From an uncultured delta proteobacterium (GTDB lineage Bacteria; Desulfobacterota; Zymogenia; Zymogenales; Zymogenaceae), in the NCBI GenBank assembly GCA_963792965.1, contig CAWBYW010000007.1, forward strand, positions 160,001 through 224,000: 64,000 bases of DNA. The letters run 5' to 3'. Below are positions 9,698-19,718 of this stretch, piece by piece. Both the position numbers and the translations under genes were made by a program. Within the stretch, counting starts at the first letter, position 1, and every line of letters starts with the position of its first letter. The notes beneath the pieces are model-generated. The model did not search any database. It had not been told where the DNA came from and saw only the letters and a list, made by a program, of their open reading frames with translations.

Positions 9698-10950
9698 TGG
9701 GAATGTATCGGTTCCACTACTTCGATCGCCTCGTCGAGGTGACTCTCCCGGACGCGCGGATAATAAAAAAGGCCGAACCCGCCGCCGTCCCGGCCCTCGA
9801 GGACATCTATCGCGAGACGATACGTGCGATCCGTGCCCCGATCGGCGCTCCGCCGCTGGTGGAGTCTCTCGATGCGCGGGACAGGGTTCTCCTCGTTGTC
9901 CCCGATAAGGGGCGTCATACGGACCTCAGGGACGTCCTCAGGGGCGTTCTGGACGGTATCGCGGAGGCGGGCGTCCCCAAGGGGCAGATCACGATACTCA
10001 TCGCGCTCGGTACTCATCGCCGGATGACACGCGAAGAGATAGAAGAGAAATATTCGGCGGGCATCCTTTCCGGGTACCGCGTCGTTAACCACGCATATGA
10101 CGATCCGTCGGCCCTCATCGATCTCGGAGAGACGGCCGACGGCCTTCCCGTGCAATTCAACAGGCTGATCGATGAGCACGATTTTGTCATCTCCGTTGGA
10201 AACATTAGCCCCCACCCGGTGGGGGGCTATTCGGGAGGGGCAAAGGGCGTCCTGCCGGGTATCGCCGGCAAGCGATCGACGGACTATTTCCACTGGGAAG
10301 CTACGAAGTATCCCCTCTTCGATATATTCGGAAACGCGGATAATCCCGTTCGCGGCGAGATGGAAGCCATCGTGTCCAAGGCGGGGCTCGATTTTATCGT
10401 CAACACCACCGAGAACAGCGACCGAAAGATATCAGGAGTTTTCGCCGGCCACTTCGTGGAGGCGCATCGTGCGGGGGTCGATTTCCTGAAGAAGAGCCCG
10501 CTCATCGCCTTCCCCGTCGAGCTTCCGGACGTTCTCGTCATCGGGCTCGGTGCCGATCGCCCTGATTTCTGGGGAGGGGCCGCGGGGATCTACGCGGCGG
10601 CGGCTTTCCTCAAAGAGGGGGGGACGCTCGTCTTGTTCGCCGCCTGCCCGGAGGGAGTCGCAAAGCAGCACCCGATCGTCCTCGAATACGGATACGGCAG
10701 ATGGCAAGAGGTGAGGGAATCTGTTGATCGAGGCGAAGTCCTCGACAGGACGGGTGCCTCCCATGTCGTCACCGTCGGCAAGATCATCGAGCAGAAGAAG
10801 ATGAAGGTCTTTATTGTCTCGGAAGGGATAACGGCGCCGGACGCCGAAAGGCTCGGATTCGTCTGGTTTCCAGGTCCCAGAGAGGCGGTGGATCGTGCGC
10901 TCGAGGAGGCGGGTAGAGAATCGAGAGTCCTTATCTACGAAAGGATATGA
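9697..10950 (+). CDS. LarA-family nickel-pincer-dependent 2-hydroxyacid racemase/epimerase
   Basis: PDKGRH, IALGTHR, VVNH, PHPVGGYSGGAKGVLPG, AACPEG motifs. Confidence 0.9.
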   Translation: MGMYRFHYFDRLVEVTLPDARIIKKAEPAAVPALEDIYRETIRAIRAPIGAPPLVESLDARDRVLLVVPDKGRHTDLRDVLRGVLDGIAEAGVPKGQITILIALGTHRRMTREEIEEKYSAGILSGYRVVNHAYDDPSALIDLGETADGLPVQFNRLIDEHDFVISVGNISPHPVGGYSGGAKGVLPGIAGKRSTDYFHWEATKYPLFDIFGNADNPVRGEMEAIVSKAGLDFIVNTTENSDRKISGVFAGHFVEAHRAGVDFLKKSPLIAFPVELPDVLVIGLGADRPDFWGGAAGIYAAAAFLKEGGTLVLFAACPEGVAKQHPIVLEYGYGRWQEVRESVDRGEVLDRTGASHVVTVGKIIEQKKMKVFIVSEGITAPDAERLGFVWFPGPREAVDRALEEAGRESRVLIYERI

Positions 10951-10951
10951 C

Positions 10952-12584
10952 ATGGCAAAGAAACCGCGAAGCGCAGCTCTCGTCAAGGATGCCGACAGGC
11001 TCGCGACCGCGCTCATCCGCGTCGAGCTTCTTAAAACGTGTGGAATCGCACGGGAGGAGATCGAAGGACAAGCCCCTCATCGGCATCGTTAACTCGTGGA
11101 CGGATCTTCTCCCGGGCCACCTGCACCTGAGGGAGCTGTCGAGGTCGGTGCGGGACGGCATACTCATGGCCGGAGGCATCCCGCTCGAGTTCAACACGGT
11201 CGCCCCGTGCGACGGGTATTCAAACGGGCTGTTCGGCATGCGCTACGTCCTTCCGATGCGCGACATCATCGCCGACGCGATCGAGTCGATGGTCATGGCC
11301 CACGGCTTCGACGGGCTGGTCTTCCTCTCGGGCTGCGACAAGATCGTTCCGGCCCAGGTCATGGCCGCCGCCCGCCTTGACCTCCCGTCGATCTTCGTAA
11401 CGGGAGGCCCGATGCTTCCGTTCAACGAGTTTGCCCCCAAGGGAACCCCACCGATACTTTCCATGGTCAGCTGTCCGGGGCCGGGTGCATGCAGCGGCAT
11501 GGGGACCGCGGTATCCATGCAGTGCCTCGTGGAGGCCCTCGGCCTGTCGCTGCCCGGCAGCGCGGCGACACATGCGGTCCACAGCGAGAAATACCTCATG
11601 GCCAAGGCCAGCGGAAAGCGGATCGTTGCGCTCGTGGAGGAAGGTCTGAGCGCACGCATGATCCTAACGTCGGACGCGATCCATAACGCCCTGGTCACGA
11701 CCGCCGCCGCCGGTTGCTCGACCAACGTCGTCATCCATCTGTTGGCACTTGCCTCCGAGCTCGGCGTGTGTCTCACCCTTGAGGATTTCGATCGGATCGG
11801 CAGGGAGGTCCCTCATCTTCTGGGCGTCTACCCGTCCGGGCCCTATTTTCTTCTTGACGTCTATCGAGCCGGCGGCATCCCGGCGCTCCTTAACCGGGTA
11901 AAGGAATTCCTCAGAGGTGATGCCCTTACCGTCACCGGGAAGAGCCTGCGTGAGAATAACGCCGGCCTTGAAAGTCGGGACGACGACGTCATACGTGAGC
12001 TCAATAATCCCTATCATCCCGAGGGTGGGATCGCGGTGGTGAAGGGCAACCTCGCGCCGGACGGCGCCGTCGTCAAGACGAGCAGCATCCCGAAAGAGAT
12101 GATGCTCTTCTCCGGGAATGCCCGGGTCTACGAAAGTGAGGCGGAAGCGATAGCAGGGGGACTGCGACACGAATACACCGCGGGTGACGTGATCGTCATA
12201 CGAAACGAGGGGCCGAAAGGCGGACCGGGCATGCCGGAGCTGCTCACCGTGACGGAGCTTCTCTTTCAGCTGGGACTCGCCGAAAAGGTGGCGTTGATTA
12301 CCGACGGCAGATTCTCGGGCTTTTCTCGCGGTCCATGCGTCGGGCACGTTTCGCCGGAGGCGTTTATCGGAGGACCGCTCGGGCTCGTCCGGGACGGGGA
12401 ACGGATTACGGTCGATATCGAAAATCGTCGGCTCACCGTCGATCTGTCGACAGGTGAGCTCGCGCGAAGGCGAAAAGATCGCGTCCCGATCGAACGGTCA
12501 CTTTCGGGCGCGCTGAAGAAATATGCGGCCCTTGTGTCTCAAGCCGATACCGGATGCGTCACCATACCGCAGGAGGAGTCATGA
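10952..12584 (+). CDS. IlvD/Edd-family dihydroxy-acid or sugar-acid dehydratase (apparent frameshift near 11064)
   Basis: KPLIGIVNSW, PCDG, GCDK, GPKGGPGMPE, TDGRFSG, GHVSPEA; true N-terminus MAKKPRS lies in another frame. Confidence 0.9.
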
Positions 12585-13546
12585 AGATAGCCATAACCGG
12601 AAGTTCGGGGTACCTCGGGAGGCATGTCGTCTCGCTCGCCCTCAAGAAAGGCTTCGACGTTGTCGGAATCGATCTGGTGCCGTCGGGCGTCCGTCACGAG
12701 AGGCTGACCGAATCTGTCGTCGACATCACGGACAAGGCGTCGGTTCAGGAGGCGGTAAGGGGAGCCCAGGCGGTTTTCCACCTTGCGGCGGCGCTTGCGC
12801 AGTTCGTGCGGGACGAGTCCCGGATGAAGAGGGTTAACGTCGACGGCACCGCGAACCTGCTGGCGGCAGCATACGCGGCTAAAGCGAAAAAGTTCGTATT
12901 CGTCTCGTCAGTGGAGGTCTACGGGATCGATGTCCCCACGCCGTGTCCGGAGGCCGCGCCAGTTTCCCCGGTCTGCCAATATGGGCGCGATAAGGTGGAG
13001 GCCGAGCGATTATGTATGGAGTATCTCAAGAAAGGCCTGGATGTGACAATCTTCCGCCCGCCGACCATCAACGGTCCCGGCCAGAACGAGCCGTTCCTGG
13101 TGTCGCAGATGGAGGCGATCGCGCGCGGGAAGAGCACGCTCTTACCCGGCGGCGGAATGACGCGGCTCCAGATGGTAGATGTGGATGACGTGGTTTGTGC
13201 CCTCTTTGCTGCCCTCGAGACCCCCAGATCCGTGGGAGAGGTGATGAATCTCGGCAGCGACGACGTGCCGACCCTGAGAGAGCTGACGCTGGCACTCTAC
13301 GCTCACGCGGGAAAAAAGCCCCGGTTAATATCGGTGAACGCGGCACTGGCCCGCGCGGCGGTCAAGAGCCTCTCGGCATTAGGGCTTTCGCCGATCGAGC
13401 CGCAGCATCTCGAGATTGCCCTGAGGGACTACGTCTTTGATAACCGGCATGCCAAGGACGTGCTCGGATGGCGGCCGACGAAAAACGACGTCGAATCGGC
13501 AACGGCCGCTTTTGACGATCATATCGGGAGATTGAAAGAGAAGTAG
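12581..13546 (+). CDS. Extended SDR NAD-dependent epimerase/dehydratase
   Basis: TGSSGYLG, HLAA, SSxxVYG, YGRDK; RBS AGGAGG. Confidence 0.9.
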   Translation: MKIAITGSSGYLGRHVVSLALKKGFDVVGIDLVPSGVRHERLTESVVDITDKASVQEAVRGAQAVFHLAAALAQFVRDESRMKRVNVDGTANLLAAAYAAKAKKFVFVSSVEVYGIDVPTPCPEAAPVSPVCQYGRDKVEAERLCMEYLKKGLDVTIFRPPTINGPGQNEPFLVSQMEAIARGKSTLLPGGGMTRLQMVDVDDVVCALFAALETPRSVGEVMNLGSDDVPTLRELTLALYAHAGKKPRLISVNAALARAAVKSLSALGLSPIEPQHLEIALRDYVFDNRHAKDVLGWRPTKNDVESATAAFDDHIGRLKEK

Positions 13547-13656
13547 TCGGTGAGGCCTTTCATATACGAAGCAAACCGGGGGGGGCAGAAATGCCAAGAA
13601 GCATTAAGGTGGCGGCGATAACCGGAATCATCGTTCCGTAGGAAAGGGAGGTGTTC

Positions 13657-14343
13657 ATGGAGATCACGCTCATCGGGCAGAGCACGCTCGTAATCAGGAT
13701 GTCGTCCCTCGTGATCATGACCGACCCCTGGTGGGGATCATTCGAGTTCTTACGGGGGGTCCCGTTGTCGATGGACCCCGAATCGGTCGACCCGATCGAC
13801 ATCATGCTCGTCTCGCACAACCACGTCGATCATTGGTGTCGGAACGCGATTCGTCTTGCCGCCGAGCGCTCCATCCATGTTGTCGGCTCCCAAAAGGCCG
13901 CCGCGCGAGCCGCGCGGCACGGGGTGGCAGGGGCCACAGCGCTCAGACCGGGCGAGAGCCACGCGTACCGGGGGATCACCATTCATGCGACGCCGGCCTT
14001 TCACCCGTTTGCCAACGATGCCATCGGGTTTGTCGTAGAGGGTGACGAAACGTTCTATTTTTCCGGAGATACCCGTTACAACCCCGCACTGAGCGATTTT
14101 CTGAGGCGCTTTTCCCTCGATGTTGCTTTCGTGCAGGTCGCCGCGTCGACCTATCCGCTGGTCGGCAAGGACGGCATGGATCTTTCCGATGCGGCCCGCC
14201 TCGTCTCCGAGATACGCCCGAGAACAGTCGTTCCGATACACTTCCAGGTGAAGGGAAAGACTATAGATACCGAGACGCTCAAGAAATGGAAGACCGCGTC
14301 CCGGGTCGCGGTCCCGCATCCAGGGAAACCCGTGGTGCTATGA
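13657..14343 (+). CDS. Metallo-beta-lactamase-fold hydrolase (UlaG/lactonase-like)
   Basis: TDPW, SHNHVDH, PAFH, YFSGDT, PIH. Confidence 0.88.
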   Translation: MEITLIGQSTLVIRMSSLVIMTDPWWGSFEFLRGVPLSMDPESVDPIDIMLVSHNHVDHWCRNAIRLAAERSIHVVGSQKAAARAARHGVAGATALRPGESHAYRGITIHATPAFHPFANDAIGFVVEGDETFYFSGDTRYNPALSDFLRRFSLDVAFVQVAASTYPLVGKDGMDLSDAARLVSEIRPRTVVPIHFQVKGKTIDTETLKKWKTASRVAVPHPGKPVVL

Positions 14344-14387
14344 AACAATCGTATCGAGTCGAACTATCATCCATGTAAGGTGTCAAA

Positions 14388-15737
14388 ATGGCCGAGGAAA
14401 GAAAGATGAAGGACAACATGACGATAGGTGAACCCCCGAGGGGGTGGCGTCGTTTGGTGGCATTGGGCCCGGGACTCGTGTGGGCGGCAAGCTCCGTGGG
14501 CGTGGCGGAGCTCGTCTTCGCGACGCGGGCGGGGGCGATCTTCGGGTTTCTGCTGCTCTGGGTTCCGATCGTCTCGTTATTCTTTAAGTACTTTTTTACC
14601 GAGATGATGGGACGCTATACCATCGCGACCGGTGAGGATGTCATATCCGCGTTTGCCCGTATCGAGACGAAGATCGGACCGATTACCCTGCCGAAGGGGT
14701 GGATCATCTGGATATTCTGGGTTTTCTTCATCGCGAGTGTGGCGGGGATGGGCGGGATTGCGCTGACGGTCGGCAGTGCGATCTTCGGCGTCTATTCGGG
14801 CGTTTCGTATGTGGTGTACGCAATTATTTCCCTGATGTCGGTATGGATCATCCTTTTTATCGGGAGTTACCGAGGTCTGGAAAACGTGTCGAGGATTCTA
14901 ATCGCGGCGATGATATTCTTTGTTATCTACGCCGTGGTCAAAGAGTCTCCGCCCGCCTCGCTGGTTGGGTCCGGACTCATCCCGAATATCCCGGACAAAT
15001 CGCTCAGAGAGCTAATCCCGTTGCTCGGCTGGACGGGGGCGGGCGCCATGGGGACGATCTGGTTCTCCCTCTGGACGAAGGCGAGCGGAAGAGGGGTGTC
15101 GGAAAAGCCGGGCAAGATGACGCCGGCCGTTCAGCGGAAGATATCCGGGTGGATTGAGATAAGTCGCATAGACCTGATATTTAATATGGTGCTCACGGGA
15201 ATATTGACGATCGGATTTCTCCTGGCAGGAGCCTCGATCCTCCATCCACTGGGCCTCGTGCCGGAGGGGGAGGGGATCGGGATAATCCTGGCAGGGATCG
15301 CCGGCAAATTCTACGGGAGACAGGGTGAGATCATCTTTCTTGTTGGGGTATTCAGCACCCTCTACAGCACGCTTCTGGCCGATATCGACGGGCTTTGTCG
15401 CGTGGCGTCCGGCGCCGTCGAGTCGCGATGGGGCAAAAAAAGAGACAAGCGCTTCTACTATCTCATATTCCTCGCCGTCTATGTGGTATCTGCCGGGCTC
15501 TTCGCCACGATCATATCGGCACCAGTTATCCTGCTTCAGCTCACGGCGGTTATCGATACGCTCCTGCTTCCGGTCGTCGGACTCATGGGAATATACATCT
15601 GCACAAGGTTCCTCCCGCCGGTCTTTCGGCCGGGACGCTGGTTCGTGATATTCTCGTACGCTTCGGTGCTCTTCTTTGTCTTCTTCATCGTCCTTCTGAT
15701 TATAGCCGTAGTCAGAGGGGTCAGCTTCTCCATATAA
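14388..15737 (+). CDS. NRAMP-related (APC superfamily) secondary transporter
   Basis: About 11 hydrophobic segments; LGPGLVWAASSVGxxEL N-terminal motif. Confidence 0.8.
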   Translation: MAEERKMKDNMTIGEPPRGWRRLVALGPGLVWAASSVGVAELVFATRAGAIFGFLLLWVPIVSLFFKYFFTEMMGRYTIATGEDVISAFARIETKIGPITLPKGWIIWIFWVFFIASVAGMGGIALTVGSAIFGVYSGVSYVVYAIISLMSVWIILFIGSYRGLENVSRILIAAMIFFVIYAVVKESPPASLVGSGLIPNIPDKSLRELIPLLGWTGAGAMGTIWFSLWTKASGRGVSEKPGKMTPAVQRKISGWIEISRIDLIFNMVLTGILTIGFLLAGASILHPLGLVPEGEGIGIILAGIAGKFYGRQGEIIFLVGVFSTLYSTLLADIDGLCRVASGAVESRWGKKRDKRFYYLIFLAVYVVSAGLFATIISAPVILLQLTAVIDTLLLPVVGLMGIYICTRFLPPVFRPGRWFVIFSYASVLFFVFFIVLLIIAVVRGVSFSI

Positions 15738-15853
15738 GGTGATCTTAGAGGAAAAGCTAGAGGGACCGCGGTAATTGCCTCATCACATTAGAAGGACGGG
15801 TTACAGGTGATGAAGATCTCTCGGGATAGCCGAGAGTGACGCAGAAGGGTAAA

Positions 15854-15880
15854 GGTCGGCCGGAATGCCGGCCTTTTTCT
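15854..15880 (+). terminator. Intrinsic terminator
   Basis: GGTCGGC-cggaat-GCCGGCC then TTTTT. Confidence 0.7.
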
Positions 15881-15996
15881 CGCTTCGGAGCGTGAGGTCA
15901 TATCCTTTCCTTGGAGGTATCCGAACCGACAAAGAGCCGACGACGGAATCACCGTATCCGAGAGCACCTGATTTCATCGATTAGTCGGATTGTAGA

Positions 15997-16025
15997 TTGA
16001 AAAAGGAAACGCAATCGGGTATAAT
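15997..16025 (+). promoter_or_regulatory. Sigma70-type promoter of abfD
   Basis: TTGAAA-N17-TATAAT. Confidence 0.7.
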
Positions 16026-16100
16026 AAAAAGATAAATAACGAAAGGTGCGCCGCACTACGCGGCGCGCTCTACAACCGGCACGATAATGAGGAGATCTCA

Positions 16101-17555
16101 ATGCCTCTCATGACCCCACAAGAATACGAAAAGAGTCTCAGAAAGCTTAAATTGGTTGTCTATATGTTCGGAAAACGCCTTGATAACGTCGTAGACGACC
16201 CGATCATACGCCCTTCAATGAATGCGGTGGCCCTCACCTATGAGCTTTCACATCGCCCTGAATACGAACAGCTCCTGACGACCACATCCCATATTTCCGG
16301 CAACAAGATCAGCCGGTTTACCCACGTCCATCAAAGCATGGATGACTTAGTCAAGAAGAGCAAAATGGGAAGACTCCTCGGATCGTTGACCGGGTGCTGT
16401 TTTCAGCGCTGCGTCGGGATGGATGCGCTCAACGCCCTCTCTATCACAACTTACAATATGGATAAGAAAAACGGCACCGAGTACCACGGGCGGTTTCTGA
16501 AATACCTTCGTTACGTCCAGGACAACGACCTCGTATGCGACGGCGCCATGACCGACCCGAAAGGGGACCGCTCCCTTTCGCCGCACGAGCAGAGTGACCC
16601 CGACCTCTACCTGAGGGTGGTCAAGGAAACCAAAGAAGGGATTATCGTGCGGGGGGCCAAGGCACATCAGACGGGCGCGGTCAATTCACATGAGATCATC
16701 GTGATGCCGACGGTCTCGATGCGCCAGGAGGACAAGGCGTGGGCCGTTTCGTTCGCCCTGCCGAGCGACACGGAAGGGATCATCTATATCATGGGCAGGC
16801 AGTCGTGCGACACGCGCAAGGTCGAGGCGGGGACGATCGACCGGGGTAACCAGTGCTTCGGCGGGCACGAGGCGCTCGTCGTCTTTGACGACGTCTTCGT
16901 TCCGTGGGACAGGGTATTCATGTGTGGCGAGTATGATTATTCTGGCGAGCTTGTGGAAAAGTTCGCGTCATACCACCGCCAGAGCTACGCCTGCAAGGTC
17001 GGTGTGGGGGACGTCCTCATCGGTGCAACCCAGACGATCGCCGAACAGAACAACATTGCCAGGGCTTCTCACGTTCGTGATAAGATCATCGAAATGAATC
17101 ACCTCAACGAAACGCTCTACTGCGGCTGCATAGCCTGCGCGGCCGAGGGGCACCGCGAGCCTTCCGGCACCTATGCCGTCGATACCCTCCTTGCCAACGT
17201 GCACAAGCAGAACGTCACACGGTTCCCCTACGAGATCGCGCGGCTGGCGCAGGACATCGCCGGAGGTATACTCGTCACCCTCCCGTCGGAGGAGGACTTC
17301 CGGTCAGAAGAGGCGGGCAAATGGGTAAATAAATACCTCAAGGCCGACTCCTCGGTCCCGACGGAAGATCGAATGCGGATGCTGCGCCTCGTGGAGAACC
17401 TCACGATGGGGTCGGCGGCGGTCGGCTACCTCGTTGAGTCCATGCACGGGGCCGGATCCCCGCAGGCGCAGCGCATCATGATTTCCCGGGAGGTCAACAT
17501 GAAAGAAAAACAGCGCAACGCACGGCGCCTGGCGGGGATTGCTGACGAGTCATGA
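16101..17555 (+). CDS. abfD: 4-hydroxybutyryl-CoA dehydratase/vinylacetyl-CoA isomerase
   Basis: CFQRCVGMDA, GAMTDPKGDRS, GAKAHQTG, HRQSYACK, ESMHGAGSPQAQ. Confidence 0.93.
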   Translation: MPLMTPQEYEKSLRKLKLVVYMFGKRLDNVVDDPIIRPSMNAVALTYELSHRPEYEQLLTTTSHISGNKISRFTHVHQSMDDLVKKSKMGRLLGSLTGCCFQRCVGMDALNALSITTYNMDKKNGTEYHGRFLKYLRYVQDNDLVCDGAMTDPKGDRSLSPHEQSDPDLYLRVVKETKEGIIVRGAKAHQTGAVNSHEIIVMPTVSMRQEDKAWAVSFALPSDTEGIIYIMGRQSCDTRKVEAGTIDRGNQCFGGHEALVVFDDVFVPWDRVFMCGEYDYSGELVEKFASYHRQSYACKVGVGDVLIGATQTIAEQNNIARASHVRDKIIEMNHLNETLYCGCIACAAEGHREPSGTYAVDTLLANVHKQNVTRFPYEIARLAQDIAGGILVTLPSEEDFRSEEAGKWVNKYLKADSSVPTEDRMRMLRLVENLTMGSAAVGYLVESMHGAGSPQAQRIMISREVNMKEKQRNARRLAGIADES

Positions 17556-17645
17556 TCCACATCTACTCGGAATCTTCGGAGGGTGCTTTGATAGGCGAAG
17601 GGTAGGGTATTGTAGGAGCACCTCGCAGGGAGGAAGAGGATAGTG

Positions 17646-17676
17646 AAAAGGGTCAGCCGTAAGGCTGACCCTTTTT
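17646..17676. terminator. Bidirectional intrinsic terminator between abfD and hydA
   Basis: AAAAGGGTCAGCC-GTAA-GGCTGACCCTTTTT. Confidence 0.85.
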
Positions 17677-17759
17677 AGTTTGAGCCGAGAAATGCTTGTG
17701 CAGTCGCCGCGGATCGAAAATCTCACCTTTTCCGCGAGCCGGCTATGTTGTATGCCTCG

Positions 17760-19511
17760 CTATCGTTGAGGCAGACTTGAACCCCTCTTTACGTAGTGGG
17801 TATGGAGGAGCTCATGAGACTTATGTCCGAGGGGCTCCTTGAGGAACGTGTCATAAATCTCCTTGATTGCCGGGTTCTCGTGCGACTGGCGGTACGTTTG
17901 GACGGATGCGTCGTCTTTATACAGCGCGCCGGAACGTAACGTTCGTATCTCGTTTGTCGTCGGGATCGGCTCGCCGCCGCCGGCGATGCAGCCTCCGGGG
18001 CAGGCCATTATCTCGATGAAGTGGTAGTCGGCCTTTCCTGCGCGGATCTTGTCCATCAGCTTTCGGGCGTTGCCCAAGCCGTGCGCTACGGCGACCTTGA
18101 CGTCTCCGAGCGCGCCGACCGCAACTGTCGCCTCTTTCACCCCTTCAAGGCCGCGGACCGGTGTGATGTTGAGATCCTTCAGATTTTCGCCGGTTACCAC
18201 GGCGTAGACCGTGCGCAGGGCGGCCTCCATGACGCCGCCGGTAGCACCGAAAATGGTGCCTGCGCCGGTGTACTGCCCCATGGGGGCGTCGTACTCGTCG
18301 TCCTTCAGCGCGTTAAAATCGACGCCGGACTCCTTGATCATCCGTGCCAGCTCCCTGGTCGTGAGGACATAGTCGACGTCGCGGTAGCCACTGGCGTTCA
18401 TCTCGGGCCGCTGTGCCTCGAATTTCTTAGCGGTGCAGGGCATAATGGATACCACCACGATATCCTTGGGATCGATCCCTGAGGTCTGGGCATAATAGGT
18501 CTTGGCAAGGGCGCCGAACATCTGCTGGGGCGACTTGCAGCTTGACAGATTGTCCAGGAGATCGGGATAGTTATGTTCGCAGAACTTGATCCATCCGGGG
18601 CTGCAGGAGGTGATCATGGGGAGGGTCCCGCCCGTCTTTACTCGCTTGAGGAGCTCGTTTCCTTCTTCGATAATCGTCAGGTCGGCGGTGAAATTGGTGT
18701 CAAAGACCCGGTCAAATCCGATTCTCCTCAGGGCCGCGATCATCTTACCGGTCACAAGGGTGCCGGGAGGCATGCCGAATTCTTCACCGAGGGCGGCCCG
18801 AATGGCCGGGGCTTCCTGAACGACCACGTGCTTTGTCGGATCCTGAAGGACCTTCCATACTTCCTGTACGTAATCCTTCTCATAAAGGGCGCCGACGGGG
18901 CAGGCCATGACGCACTGACCGCAATTGATGCAGGTGGTTTCGGCCAGAGGGAGGTCGAACGCGGGAACAACGCTTACCTTGCTTCCTCGCCACGCGGGTC
19001 CAAGAACGTTGACGGTCTGAACTGATTGACATACCGTCACGCAGCGGTGACAGTTGATGCACTTGCGGCTGTCGCGGACGATGGAGGGACTCGATTCGTC
19101 CAGCATCCCTTCCTTGGGAACGGAAGAGTTACGGAACCGTACGTCTTTGACCCCCACATGCTCGGCGACCCTCTGGAGCTCGCAATTACCGTTCCTGACG
19201 CAAAAATTGCATTCGGCCGGATGACTCGAAAGCAAAAGCTCGACGACCAGCCTGCGAGCGGTTCGTACGCGTTCGGTATTCGTTTGAATTACCATACCGT
19301 CGGTAACGGGGTGGACGCACGCCGCCACGAGGTTCTTCAGGCCCGAGACTTCGGATACACAGACGCGGCACGCACCGGGAGTATGGCCGATCTCTTGCCA
19401 GGCGCAGAGGGTCGGTATTGTGATACCGGCTTTCTTCGCAGCGTTGAGTATCGTGGTTCCCTTTTCCACTTGGACATCGATGTCGTCAATCGTCACCTGT
19501 ACCAGAGACAT
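17760..19511 (-). CDS. hydA: Group A [FeFe]-hydrogenase catalytic subunit (2Fe-2S, His-ligated 4Fe-4S, 2x4Fe-4S, H-cluster)
   Basis: TSCSPGW, MPCTAKKFE, EIMACPGGCIAGGG; start MSLVQV after AAGGAGG. Confidence 0.95.
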   Translation of the reverse strand: MSLVQVTIDDIDVQVEKGTTILNAAKKAGITIPTLCAWQEIGHTPGACRVCVSEVSGLKNLVAACVHPVTDGMVIQTNTERVRTARRLVVELLLSSHPAECNFCVRNGNCELQRVAEHVGVKDVRFRNSSVPKEGMLDESSPSIVRDSRKCINCHRCVTVCQSVQTVNVLGPAWRGSKVSVVPAFDLPLAETTCINCGQCVMACPVGALYEKDYVQEVWKVLQDPTKHVVVQEAPAIRAALGEEFGMPPGTLVTGKMIAALRRIGFDRVFDTNFTADLTIIEEGNELLKRVKTGGTLPMITSCSPGWIKFCEHNYPDLLDNLSSCKSPQQMFGALAKTYYAQTSGIDPKDIVVVSIMPCTAKKFEAQRPEMNASGYRDVDYVLTTRELARMIKESGVDFNALKDDEYDAPMGQYTGAGTIFGATGGVMEAALRTVYAVVTGENLKDLNITPVRGLEGVKEATVAVGALGDVKVAVAHGLGNARKLMDKIRAGKADYHFIEIMACPGGCIAGGGEPIPTTNEIRTLRSGALYKDDASVQTYRQSHENPAIKEIYDTFLKEPLGHKSHELLHTHYVKRGSSLPQR

Positions 19512-19630
19512 CCTTTTCCTCCTTAGGCAAGATGGGCCGCCCGGGGCGCGTGGCGCGGCCGGGCGGTACTCAGCATCCTTCACGCAGTCGCCGCACGGGC
19601 GACACGGGATCGTGATTGGATTAACGTTTC

Positions 19631-19659
19631 AGTATAGTACGGCTGGTTGCCGCTGTCAA
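19631..19659 (-). promoter_or_regulatory. Sigma70-type promoter of hydA
   Basis: TTGACA-N17-TATACT on the minus strand. Confidence 0.75.
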
Positions 19660-19718
19660 TATAATTTACAGTTTCCTCATCCGGTCCCGCATTACGGGAT
19701 AGGCCTCCCGGTTCGGCG

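Noticed and set aside
15740-15880. Three successive hairpins after the transporter as an ncRNA
   Set aside because: No promoter or family signature seen; adequately explained as a 3' UTR plus terminator.
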